Of a stretch of 64,000 nt of DNA, positions 40,206 to 48,780 are shown one piece after another. Source of the DNA: Phycisphaerae bacterium (GTDB lineage Bacteria > Planctomycetota > Phycisphaerae > UBA1845). Each line of letters starts with the position of its first letter. The stretch's first letter is position 1. The notes below the pieces were generated by a model. The model was not told the origin of the DNA, did no database searches, and saw nothing but the letters and a program-made list of their open reading frames with translations. The stretch spans positions 1,536,001 to 1,600,000 of the forward strand of contig CAXXGO010000001.1 of the NCBI GenBank assembly GCA_963666835.2, written 5' to 3'. The position numbers were made by a program, and so were the translations under genes.

Positions 40206-41765
40206 TTATCCTGAAGCCGTCTCATCCGCAGTCGGATTACTTACCGACGGCGCGTACGCGCCAAATCCCATCTTTCGGAGCTGCTCGAAGGCCGCGTGGA
40301 CCGGTGCGTCGATGATTATGCGCCCGCCGGCTATGAATAGCACGCGCGTACAGGCTCGGACAACGACTCGCGGGTCATGGGTTACGAGCAAGCCTGCGCC
40401 CCATTGCGGCTTGCCGGCATCTTGGTCGCCATTCAAGGCGTCTTGGAGCTTGCCGCCGATCGTATCGAGCATAAGCGTTATATTGCGCGAGTCCTGCCCG
40501 GCGAACGGCTCGTCCATCAGGAGCAGCCGGGGGTGGTGCAGGATTGCCGAGATCAGGTTGAGCCGCCTTTTCTGCCCCCAGCTCAGCCGGTAGGGATGGT
40601 CCTCGCTCCGAGCGGCAAGTCCGGCAGTCTTCAGAAGACGAGCAGCCTCCGGTTCTTCTGCCGTGCCGGGTGGTTTGAGGTTACGCACGGCGAACAGCAA
40701 CTCACTCCAGACGGTGTCGGCCACCAGTTGGTGATCGGCGTTTTGAAACACCATGCCGACACGTTGAGCCAGGCGCGAGACCGCCACGGGGGTGACATCC
40801 ATATCGCACACGCGAATCGAGCCACGGACCGGTTGCACCAGGCCCATCAGGCAACGCAACAGGGTCGATTTCCCGCCGCCGTTGGGACCGAGAAGGGCCA
40901 CGACCTCACCCGGTCGGATAGTAAGGTCGATATCCTGGAGGATCGTGCTTCCGCCTAGTTCAACGGTAGTGTCCGACACTTCAACCAGCGGTTGTGCCGT
41001 GATTTCGACCCGAGTGCTAAGGTCGTTGCCCAGGCGTCCCGGATCCGGGTCCGCCAGGTACGACGGGCATACGTTTGACACGGCATCCCCACGCAGATCG
41101 GTAACGACCTGCCCTTCCTCCAGAACGACCAAACGCGGCTTCAGGGGAAGCAGATGGGCGAGCTTATGTTCTACAATGACCACGGTGAGTTTCTTCTCGC
41201 GGCACAACGCTGCCAGCGTGTGAAACAGGTCGCGGGACGCCTGGGGGTCGAGACTGGCGGTCGGTTCATCGAGAATAAGAGCCTCCGGATGACCCGCAAC
41301 CACCGAAGCGACGGCGACGCGTTGCTGCTCTCCGCCGGACAGCGTGGCCAGCGTCCGCCCGGCAAGGTGGGTGATCGACAGCAGCTCCATTGCTTCCGCG
41401 CGGCGTGCCAGGATCTCGTCCACCGGCAGGCCGCGGTTTTCCAGCCCGAAGGCGACCTCGTCATCGACGGTCAGAGTGGCGAAATGGGCTTCCGGGTTCT
41501 GTTGGACCAGAGCGATACTCTCGGAAACTTGGTGAAGGGGGGTGGTGAGGACATCGTGATCCGCAATGCGGATGCTGCCCTCAGTGTCGCCGGCGTGTCT
41601 TCCCACGAGGAGTCCGCAGGCGGCCAGTGCCAAAGAAGTTTTGCCGGATCCACTAGTGCCGGCGATTGCGACGAACTCTCCGCGGGCAATCTGCAGGGAG
41701 ACTTCGCGCAGCGCCCAGCATTCCGAGCCCTCGAAACGCCATCCGAATCGGTCGAGGTGGATCAT
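40206..41765 (-). CDS. ECF transporter tandem ATPase (A-A' fusion)
   Basis: Two ABC domains: GTSGSGKT/QNPE/LSGGEQQR and GPNGGGKST/FQNADHQ/LSWGQKRR. Confidence 0.92.
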   Translation of the reverse strand: MIHLDRFGWRFEGSECWALREVSLQIARGEFVAIAGTSGSGKTSLALAACGLLVGRHAGDTEGSIRIADHDVLTTPLHQVSESIALVQQNPEAHFATLTVDDEVAFGLENRGLPVDEILARRAEAMELLSITHLAGRTLATLSGGEQQRVAVASVVAGHPEALILDEPTASLDPQASRDLFHTLAALCREKKLTVVIVEHKLAHLLPLKPRLVVLEEGQVVTDLRGDAVSNVCPSYLADPDPGRLGNDLSTRVEITAQPLVEVSDTTVELGGSTILQDIDLTIRPGEVVALLGPNGGGKSTLLRCLMGLVQPVRGSIRVCDMDVTPVAVSRLAQRVGMVFQNADHQLVADTVWSELLFAVRNLKPPGTAEEPEAARLLKTAGLAARSEDHPYRLSWGQKRRLNLISAILHHPRLLLMDEPFAGQDSRNITLMLDTIGGKLQDALNGDQDAGKPQWGAGLLVTHDPRVVVRACTRVLFIAGGRIIIDAPVHAAFEQLRKMGFGAYAPSVSNPTADETASG

Positions 41766-42502
41766 GGCAGCGCCGCAGACTGGATGGAGGACGTTTCCGG
41801 GTCTGGCGAGGGGCTATTCGGTGGGGCATCGGCGCGCGAAGATGCCAGGTAGATTACCGCGATGGTCAGAGCCACCGCCGCCGCGGAATACCCCACATCG
41901 GTCCAGCGGCGGCCGGCGGTCGGTTTAGCCGGGCTCATCCCCAACGTGCCGATTACGCCGGCGGTGTGCAGAGTTCGGAGCAGCCACCACCCGAGCACTC
42001 CGGCCAGCAGAGTCCCGCTGGCGAAGGCAACGAAGGCCAATGTGGTCAGGGCGGTGCTTACCTGCCCTTTCGCATTGAGTGAGGCGGCGCAGGATAGGAC
42101 GAGGACATTACTGGCGGTCCCGGCCCCGCCGGCGAGTATGAACGTCAACACGTGATGACGCCGGGCGAGAAGCAACCACACCAGGTCTACGGTGACGCCC
42201 GCCACCACGCAGTAGGCCATAACGGGCAAGCCGAGGGGACTCCCCGACAGCAGCTCGACCGAGCCCTTAAGTACGCCGGTTATGGTCGCGGCGCCGGGCT
42301 TGCGCACCAGCCCCACGGCCAGCACCAGCCAGAGAACGTGTACGCCCGCCGCCGGTTGCGCGCCTACCGGAATGACGATGACGGAGTGCATCGCGGCGCG
42401 GATATTGCTTACCGCTGCGCCGGACACGCCACCGAGAGCGGCCAGCGCCGCCATGACGAGCAACTCGTGCAAGGAGAAGAACTGACGTGGCGGCTGGCTC
42501 AT
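41762..42502 (-). CDS. ECF transporter S component (YkoE-like), substrate unknown
   Basis: 6-7 TMs, LLVMAALAALGG, LVRKPGAA, operonic with ECF A and T. Confidence 0.82.
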   Translation of the reverse strand: MSQPPRQFFSLHELLVMAALAALGGVSGAAVSNIRAAMHSVIVIPVGAQPAAGVHVLWLVLAVGLVRKPGAATITGVLKGSVELLSGSPLGLPVMAYCVVAGVTVDLVWLLLARRHHVLTFILAGGAGTASNVLVLSCAASLNAKGQVSTALTTLAFVAFASGTLLAGVLGWWLLRTLHTAGVIGTLGMSPAKPTAGRRWTDVGYSAAAVALTIAVIYLASSRADAPPNSPSPDPETSSIQSAALP

Positions 42503-42517
42503 ACCTTTCGCTCGAGG

Positions 42518-43063
42518 CTATGGCTTTGGCTCAAACGTAATCCGGCTGACGTTTCTAATCCAGTAGTCCCCGGCCTTCTTCGGGGGGATCAACTTGATGG
42601 GACGCTTGGGAGTCTTGTCGGCCAGCCAAACGCCCTCGCCGGTCTGCAGGGCTACGACGGCGTATTCAAGGTCGTCGCGGGTGCACTCTTTCTGGTAACC
42701 GTCCGAAGCTTCGACGATTACGGTCATAGGGCCGGGCTTGATGCCGGCTTCGGCCGTAAGGTGCGCCAGGGCCGGACCGCGCCAGCTTTCGACTCCGTCC
42801 GGACCGTGGGACCTCAACTGCTTGACTTCGTTGAGGTTCACCATCGGCATGCGGGCCATCTCTGCGAAGGTGAAGGACCTGGGGCTGGCAAGTCCCGAGC
42901 CGGCAAGTTCGAGCGTCCAGGTTATCTGAGGGATCTCCATCATTGACTCCGATTGTCCCGCGGTCGTTGAAGCGCCGCCCATCCGAGGCGTTGCGCACCC
43001 AGATAACACCAAAATGCCGATAGATGCAAATCCGATTGCCGGCGTCAGGCCGAACGACTTCAT
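42518..43063 (-). CDS. Lipoprotein with sulfite-oxidase-type molybdopterin-binding fold, lacking the canonical Mo-ligating Cys
   Basis: LSGC lipobox; WTLELAG...PRSFTFAEMARMP, WRGPALAHL, ASDGY, PIKLIPP...YWIRNVSRI. Confidence 0.72.
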   Translation of the reverse strand: MKSFGLTPAIGFASIGILVLSGCATPRMGGASTTAGQSESMMEIPQITWTLELAGSGLASPRSFTFAEMARMPMVNLNEVKQLRSHGPDGVESWRGPALAHLTAEAGIKPGPMTVIVEASDGYQKECTRDDLEYAVVALQTGEGVWLADKTPKRPIKLIPPKKAGDYWIRNVSRITFEPKP

Positions 43064-43081
43064 ATCATTCCTCTCGTACGG

Positions 43082-44254
43082 TTACTCGATTTCGAGAATC
43101 CGGAGCAAGTTAACGTAGTCCAGCAGGTCTACGTCTCCGTCGTAGTCCAGGTCCATCATCAGGCAGTGCTGAGTCGGGTGTCCGAAGTCGGGCCGGGCCC
43201 ACGCCGGCGGATCGCATCCCTCGCCGGCGGGGTCGCAGAGCGGCCCGGTGAGGCACTCGGCGAACCTGGCCAGGTCGCTTCCACTATCGACCTCTCCGTC
43301 GTTGTTGCCATCGCCGCAGATAGCCAGGTCCGCCGAGCTCAGAGTGATGAGCTGGTAGTAATCGTAGCCCGTGTCCGGGTTTGTGTATTGTTCGAACAGG
43401 CCTGTTACCGCGCAGAAGTGCCGTCCTTTCTCAATGAAAGGGTGGTAATCTTCCCAAGAGTCCTTGTCGGCGTTCATGTAGTCGGCGGCCCAGCAATCAT
43501 CCCCGTCGGGCGTCTGCAGGTTGTAGTTGTCGTTCTCTTTGCCCAGGTTCCATTCGGTGATCGTGACATTCCGCACAGTTAAACGCATCGCCTCGAGTGG
43601 TTCGGGGTCGTGATTCTCCACGTACCACTCGTCACCCGGGTATTGCAGAGGTGCCGGGATGCGCGTAACCGGGCATAGAATCGGTGGCGGCAGCGGGTTA
43701 TTTCGGCTGACGATCGTGCATGTGGGACTATTGATGGGGTACCATTGCAGAAACGTGCCTCCCCGATGCTCTTCCACCTCAATGTCCGTAATCGTCACCC
43801 AATCGCCTACGCGGATATTGTCGTACAAACCGGGTCCGCCCGTCCAGTCCTTGGCCTGGATGCCGCCCCAGGCATCCGGATGGCTGGGGTCCTGCAGCAT
43901 AATCCGGGGACGGTATCCCGGGAACTTGCCGATCACGATACCCCCGGCGAAATCGATCAGCTCTCCGTCGTATACGCTGACGTCGCCGTCGAACGTGTTG
44001 GATTGGAGCTCGTAGATCGTGAGGGGATCGGCTGAGACGGCATTGGCCGCCGGAGCCGGGGCCCACAGGGCGGCGGCGACGATCAATGCCGCTCCGATGG
44101 ACGTGAGGTTGCCTTTCCTCCCCGACTCACCAAGGAAGGGGGAGGGGAGGTTTGTCTCCGTTTGCCCGCCCGCCCCTCTTTCCCTCCTCGGCAAAGGGGG
44201 AAGAGTCCCGACCGATCTGTATCGAAACGGCAGTAGCAGCTTCTTTCCGCGCAT
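43082..44254 (-). CDS. Secreted protein with one conserved module plus dockerin-like C-terminus
   Basis: LTIYELQSN...WGGIQAKD...WAADYMN...YDYYQL; tail GDGNNDGEVD...DLDYDGDVDLLDY. Start uncertain. Confidence 0.78.
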   Translation of the reverse strand: MRGKKLLLPFRYRSVGTLPPLPRRERGAGGQTETNLPSPFLGESGRKGNLTSIGAALIVAAALWAPAPAANAVSADPLTIYELQSNTFDGDVSVYDGELIDFAGGIVIGKFPGYRPRIMLQDPSHPDAWGGIQAKDWTGGPGLYDNIRVGDWVTITDIEVEEHRGGTFLQWYPINSPTCTIVSRNNPLPPPILCPVTRIPAPLQYPGDEWYVENHDPEPLEAMRLTVRNVTITEWNLGKENDNYNLQTPDGDDCWAADYMNADKDSWEDYHPFIEKGRHFCAVTGLFEQYTNPDTGYDYYQLITLSSADLAICGDGNNDGEVDSGSDLARFAECLTGPLCDPAGEGCDPPAWARPDFGHPTQHCLMMDLDYDGDVDLLDYVNLLRILEIE

Positions 44255-44392
44255 TCTTTCGTTTACCTCGTCAGCCCGCCTGTTGCGGGAGATTATGAAG
44301 ATCTTTCAGGGGTCGATGCCGCAAGCTCAAGTTTCCGCATGCCACTGATGTGGCACGGTTACCGATTCGTGAACTTGGTCAATAGATCCATA

Positions 44393-45292
44393 CTACGCGA
44401 CGCTCGTTTGCCGGCGGGTGTACAAGACAGTTCCCGCCGTCAGCAGCAACAGTAGCATCACGATAGCCCCCCACGCTGACACGGTGGGGACGCCGTCGCC
44501 GTGCTCTGCAATATCCGCCGCCGATGCCGTGCAAAGCTGATAGTAGTCCCAGTCGGTATCCGGGTTCTTGTACTGTTCGAGCATGCCGGTCACGCTGGCG
44601 AAGCTCGCCCCGGTGACGATACGCGAGTCGTATTCGTTGGGGGGCTCGAGGTCGGCATTCATGTAGTCCGCCGCCCAGAGCAGGTCGCTGTCCTGGCTCA
44701 GTTCGTAGTTATCCGCGGCTTTGCCAAGCCCCATTTGCGCGACGGTGACGTCGCCGACGGTCACGCGCATGGCCTCATAGGGTTCAGCGTCGTGATTCTC
44801 CACGAACCAGCCGCCCGTCTCGTCGTCGTAAACCGGGGCGGGGATCTGGCTTGCCGTCAGGGCGATCGGCGCGGGCAGGGGGTTCCCCTGGCTGACGACC
44901 GTGAAACCGGGAGTGTACGGGGGCTGCCAGTGCAGCATGGTGTTACCCCGATACTCCTCCACGAGCATGTTGGTCAGGCTAACCCAATCTCCGATCTCGA
45001 CATTGTTGTAGAGTTCGTCGTTTGTCCAGTCTTTGACCTGAATTCCTCCCCAGCCGGTCGCATTCGCCGGATCCTGCAGGGCGATGCGATACCGGTAACC
45101 GGGGAACTTGCCGACGACGATTCCTCCGACGCAGTCGATAGTCTGCGTGTCGTAAACGCTGGCATCGCCGTCGGTGGTGTTGGACTGAAGCTCATAGATC
45201 GTAAGCGGGTCGGCCGATGCCGGGGCGGCGCATGCGGCGATTCCCGTCAGCCCCAACATCCCCCAGGCGATTGATCTGCAGATTCCGGACAT
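44393..45292 (-). CDS. Secreted protein with one conserved module plus IPTL-CTERM
   Basis: Signal peptide, same module, VPTVSAWG plus TM plus RR tail; GGAG RBS. Confidence 0.85.
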   Translation of the reverse strand: MSGICRSIAWGMLGLTGIAACAAPASADPLTIYELQSNTTDGDASVYDTQTIDCVGGIVVGKFPGYRYRIALQDPANATGWGGIQVKDWTNDELYNNVEIGDWVSLTNMLVEEYRGNTMLHWQPPYTPGFTVVSQGNPLPAPIALTASQIPAPVYDDETGGWFVENHDAEPYEAMRVTVGDVTVAQMGLGKAADNYELSQDSDLLWAADYMNADLEPPNEYDSRIVTGASFASVTGMLEQYKNPDTDWDYYQLCTASAADIAEHGDGVPTVSAWGAIVMLLLLLTAGTVLYTRRQTSVA

Positions 45293-45325
45293 GGTCTCCT
45301 CTCCTTCGCTGTAAAGCACGAAACG

Positions 45326-45373
45326 GCCGACCGATCCATCGCCTCCTTTATTGAAGGCGACGAATCGGTCGGC
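45326..45373. other. Intergenic hairpin inside the operon (possible mRNA stabiliser or attenuator)
   Basis: GCCGACCGAT..TCGCCT / AGGCGA..ATCGGTCGGC inverted repeat. Confidence 0.45.
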
Positions 45374-45405
45374 ACGCTCGCCTTATCTACTCAAGCCGCT
45401 TAATG

Positions 45406-47622
45406 TCAATCGCAATGCACACGGCGGCCATTCCCGAAGTTCACCTTGGCCGCGGTGATAAGCAGCAGGGCCAGGATAGCCAAGCCCCACTCTGATACGG
45501 TCGGGATAGTCCCCATCGACTCGAGGTCGTCGGCCGACCGTGTACACACCTGGTAGTAGTCCCATCCGGCCGACGATTTCGTGTACTGCTCCACAATGCC
45601 CGTAATCCGGGGAAGCAGCGCGTCGGTGTGAATCCGTGGGTCGTACGGACCCCCGGCGTCGGTGTTCATGTAGTCGGTTGCCCAGGCGATGGTGCCGCTG
45701 CGGGTCACTTCGTAGTTGTCATCGGCCTTGCCCAGGTCCATCTGGCCGACGACGACGTTCTGCAGCGTCACGAGCATACTCTCGTAAGGCTCGGTCAGCC
45801 CGTGGTTAGGGGGGTAAACCAAGTCTGCCGGATCCAGCAGTTTGGGCGCCGGGACGGTGTTCCCGCTGCTCTCCACGGTGAAGCTGACGTTCGGGGAGTA
45901 ACTCGTCCGATACTGCAGGAACGTCGTACCGCGGTACTCTTCCACGAAGATGTTCTCGAAGCTGATCCAATCTCCGACGGACACGTTGTTGGAAAGCGCT
46001 CCGCCTTGGCCGTCTTTGACGACGATGGCGCCCCAGGTCGACTGACCCGGATCGCGCAGGTACACGCGGTCGTTGAATCCCTGCCAAACGTGCGTCACTA
46101 CGCCGCCTACGACGTCGACAATCTGATCCGCGTAGGGTGAATCCCCGTTCGGATCCGTGGTGTACTGGATTTCCGCGATGGACAGCGGTGGCGGCACCGG
46201 CACGATGTCGGCGGCCGAGCGGCTGAGTAGTTGATAGTAGTCCCATCCGGAAGACGTCTTGGTGTATTGCTCGACGACTCCGGTGACGCTCTGCAGCTTG
46301 GCTCCGGGGAAGACCCGCGGGTCGTACGGTGCTCCGGCGTCGACGTTCATGTAGTCACTGCCCCACGCCAGATCACTACCCTGGAACAGCTCGTAGTTGT
46401 CTCCCGCCTTGCCCAGATCGATCTGGCCCACGATGGGGCCGACCAGCTTGACTACCATGCTCTCGTACGGCTCACTCGCCGCGTGATCGACCAGCACCGG
46501 GAGGTCCTCTACGCTCAGCTCGGTTACCTCGGGAACCTCGTTACCGGTGCTCTCGATGGTAAAGCTGACGTTCGGAGAGAAACTCGTTCGATACTGCAGG
46601 AACGTGGTCCCCCGGTACTCCTCCGCCAGGATGTTCTCGAAGCTGACCCAGTCTCCGACGGATACATTGTTGGAAAGCGCTCCGCCCTCGCCGTCTTTCA
46701 CGACGATTGCGCCCCAGGTGGGCTGGGCCGGATCGCGCAGGTACACACGGTCGTTGAACCCGTGCCAGATATGAGTCACCACGCCGCCCACAACGTCGAT
46801 GATCTGATCCGCATAGGGCGAGTCCCCGGCCGGGTCCGTGGTGTACTGGATGTCGTAGATGGACAGCGGCGCCGGTACCGGCACGATGTCGGCGGCCGCA
46901 CGGCTGAGCAACTGGTAGTAATCCCATCCGGAGGACGTGTTGGTGTACTGCTCGACGATTCCGGTGATGCTCTGCAGCTTGGCCCCGGGGAAGATCCGCG
47001 GGTCATACGGAGCTCCGGCGTCGACATTCATGTAGTCACTGCCCCACGCAAGATCACTACCCTGGAACAGCTCGTAGTTGTCCTCGGCCTTACCCAAATC
47101 GATCTGGCCCACGATGGGGCCGACCAGCTTGACGATCATGCTCTCGTACGGCTCACTCGCCGCGTGATCGACCGGCACCGGGAGGTCTTCAACACTGAGC
47201 TCGGTTACTTCGGGAACCTCGTTACCGGTGCTCTCGACGGTAAACGCGACGGCCGGGGCGTTCGCGCGATCGAACTGCAGGAAGGTTGTCCCCTTGCTTT
47301 CTTCGATCAGGATGGCGTCGAAGCTGACCCAGTCGCCGATTTCGACTCCGGCGATCAAATCACCTTCGGAGTCCTTGACGCAGATGGCTCCCCAGGTCGG
47401 TTGGGTGGGATCCTGCAAGTACACCCGGTCTCGAAAGCCCGACCACTTGTGAATCACGACGCCGCCGGTCACGTCGTGGATCTGTCCGTCGTAACTCGAT
47501 GCATCTCCGTCGGTGGTGTTGGATTGGATTTCGTAGATTGACAGCTCTGCCGCTTCCCCGACGCCCGCCCAACTAGCCGCGGCTGCCAGAGCCAAGGCGA
47601 ACATCAGACAGTCCCGTTTCAT
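45406..47622 (-). CDS. Secreted protein with three tandem ~227-aa modules plus IPTL-CTERM
   Basis: Signal peptide; three LSIxxIQ...WGAI.VKD...EPYESM...DYMN...WDYYQ modules; IPTVSEWG plus TM. Confidence 0.9.
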   Translation of the reverse strand: MKRDCLMFALALAAAASWAGVGEAAELSIYEIQSNTTDGDASSYDGQIHDVTGGVVIHKWSGFRDRVYLQDPTQPTWGAICVKDSEGDLIAGVEIGDWVSFDAILIEESKGTTFLQFDRANAPAVAFTVESTGNEVPEVTELSVEDLPVPVDHAASEPYESMIVKLVGPIVGQIDLGKAEDNYELFQGSDLAWGSDYMNVDAGAPYDPRIFPGAKLQSITGIVEQYTNTSSGWDYYQLLSRAAADIVPVPAPLSIYDIQYTTDPAGDSPYADQIIDVVGGVVTHIWHGFNDRVYLRDPAQPTWGAIVVKDGEGGALSNNVSVGDWVSFENILAEEYRGTTFLQYRTSFSPNVSFTIESTGNEVPEVTELSVEDLPVLVDHAASEPYESMVVKLVGPIVGQIDLGKAGDNYELFQGSDLAWGSDYMNVDAGAPYDPRVFPGAKLQSVTGVVEQYTKTSSGWDYYQLLSRSAADIVPVPPPLSIAEIQYTTDPNGDSPYADQIVDVVGGVVTHVWQGFNDRVYLRDPGQSTWGAIVVKDGQGGALSNNVSVGDWISFENIFVEEYRGTTFLQYRTSYSPNVSFTVESSGNTVPAPKLLDPADLVYPPNHGLTEPYESMLVTLQNVVVGQMDLGKADDNYEVTRSGTIAWATDYMNTDAGGPYDPRIHTDALLPRITGIVEQYTKSSAGWDYYQVCTRSADDLESMGTIPTVSEWGLAILALLLITAAKVNFGNGRRVHCD

Positions 47623-47695
47623 AGCTACCCTCCGTACTCAGCGTGTTTCTCGCGATGGTCGACCGAGCCTACTCGGACGACATACTCGCGTAGGT

Positions 47696-48565
47696 TCATC
47701 TCTTCTTCCGCGTTCGTCGCGTGGCGTCGTCTGCGACCTTGATTTCTTCAGGTGCCGGGTAGGGATACCAGTTGATATCATCCCGCGGCGGAAGTTCCTG
47801 ATCCGCGTCCCATTCATCCTTCCAGACGCGGGTGCGCAATTCCGTGTGGCCGTCGGCATACAAGAGGTTACCCCCAAGCCCGGATTGCCCTTGGCGGTGC
47901 CGGGCGGAGAACGACTTGGGATAACTTCCGCTGTGCTTACCCGCGCCTCGGTAGGTGATCTTCCCGTCAAAACCCTTGCGCGGATCCAGCAACTGATCGA
48001 ACATTACGATGGTTCGCTGTGGGCATGTGATTCTCGCGGAATCCAGAAACGACGGCATCGGGTAGCCCAGGCTATCCGGAGGAGGCCACGCATTCCGATC
48101 CAGCTCCAGACACGAGTTCATCGAGTAGCTGAAGTAGCCGTCCCGCTCCGGGCGATAGCTGTATACCTCGCGTCCGCCAATCGGCACTGCGGAAGGACAC
48201 TGGAAGAACGTGCTGTCGTCCGGACGCTCGAATCGCGGATGGTCTCGCCAAGCGGGCAGATCCAGCATGGGAGGAAGAACGTCCGCCCAGCCGTGCCAAT
48301 CGGCCACGTCTTCTTCGCTGACACGCGGATGGTCCAATGCCCGCGGGCCTCGATCAAGCCCGTCGCAGTGCGGATAATACCCTGCGTTCTCGGCTGCGTA
48401 GCACGTGAACGCGACGCCCCATTGCTTCATGCGAGAAGCACATACCACCTGCTTGGCCTGGGCTCTGGCGGCACTTAGCGACGGCGACAGAATGGCCAAC
48501 AACAGCGCCACAATCGCTATGACCACGAGCAGCTCGATCAGCGAGAAACCTGCCCTTGGGTGCAA
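47696..48565 (-). CDS. Prepilin-type N-terminal cleavage/methylation protein, DUF1559 / H-X9-DG-CTERM type
   Basis: GFSLIELLVVIAIVALLLAILSPSLSAAR...C..RMKQWG; FFQCPS; RH...GNLLYADGH. TTG at 48565 preferred because ATG 48598 lies inside the -10 element. Confidence 0.88.
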   Translation of the reverse strand: MHPRAGFSLIELLVVIAIVALLLAILSPSLSAARAQAKQVVCASRMKQWGVAFTCYAAENAGYYPHCDGLDRGPRALDHPRVSEEDVADWHGWADVLPPMLDLPAWRDHPRFERPDDSTFFQCPSAVPIGGREVYSYRPERDGYFSYSMNSCLELDRNAWPPPDSLGYPMPSFLDSARITCPQRTIVMFDQLLDPRKGFDGKITYRGAGKHSGSYPKSFSARHRQGQSGLGGNLLYADGHTELRTRVWKDEWDADQELPPRDDINWYPYPAPEEIKVADDATRRTRKKR

Positions 48566-48578
48566 TTCGGCCTTAAAC

Positions 48579-48602
48579 CGTTGTGTTTTGTGGAGCATAT
48601 CG
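48579..48602. promoter_or_regulatory. Putative ModE box 1 (repressor position)
   Basis: CGTTGTGTT-N6-AGCATATCG; matches box 2 and the ModE-type CGNTAT...ATANCG palindrome; overlaps the -10. Confidence 0.68.
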
Positions 48603-48622
48603 CGATGCAAAAAAAAAGACAA
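48594..48622 (-). promoter_or_regulatory. Sigma70-type promoter of the pilin-surface protein-ECF operon
   Basis: Minus strand TTGTCT-N17-TATGCT. Confidence 0.68.
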
Positions 48623-48780
48623 CCACTCGCAAACACCCGCCGCGCCAGGCGATGGACCAACCTGCGTCTTTTTCCTGGCGCAAACGATCCGGGAATAGTG
48701 TATCATAGCGTCCGATAGGGCGGCAATAGGGTTTCTTTGGTTTTTTGGGACCCGCCCAAGCGATTCTCAGGGTCTGCGCC

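Noticed and set aside
39462..42502. Calling the ECF a thiamine/HMP (YkoEDC) or cobalt transporter
   Set aside because: Family resemblance only; no TPP or cobalamin riboswitch was recognised upstream and the context is Mo/W. Substrate left open.
48566..48706. Longer N-terminus for the pilin-like ORF
   Set aside because: The extension overlaps the predicted promoter and ModE box, and prepilin leaders are short.
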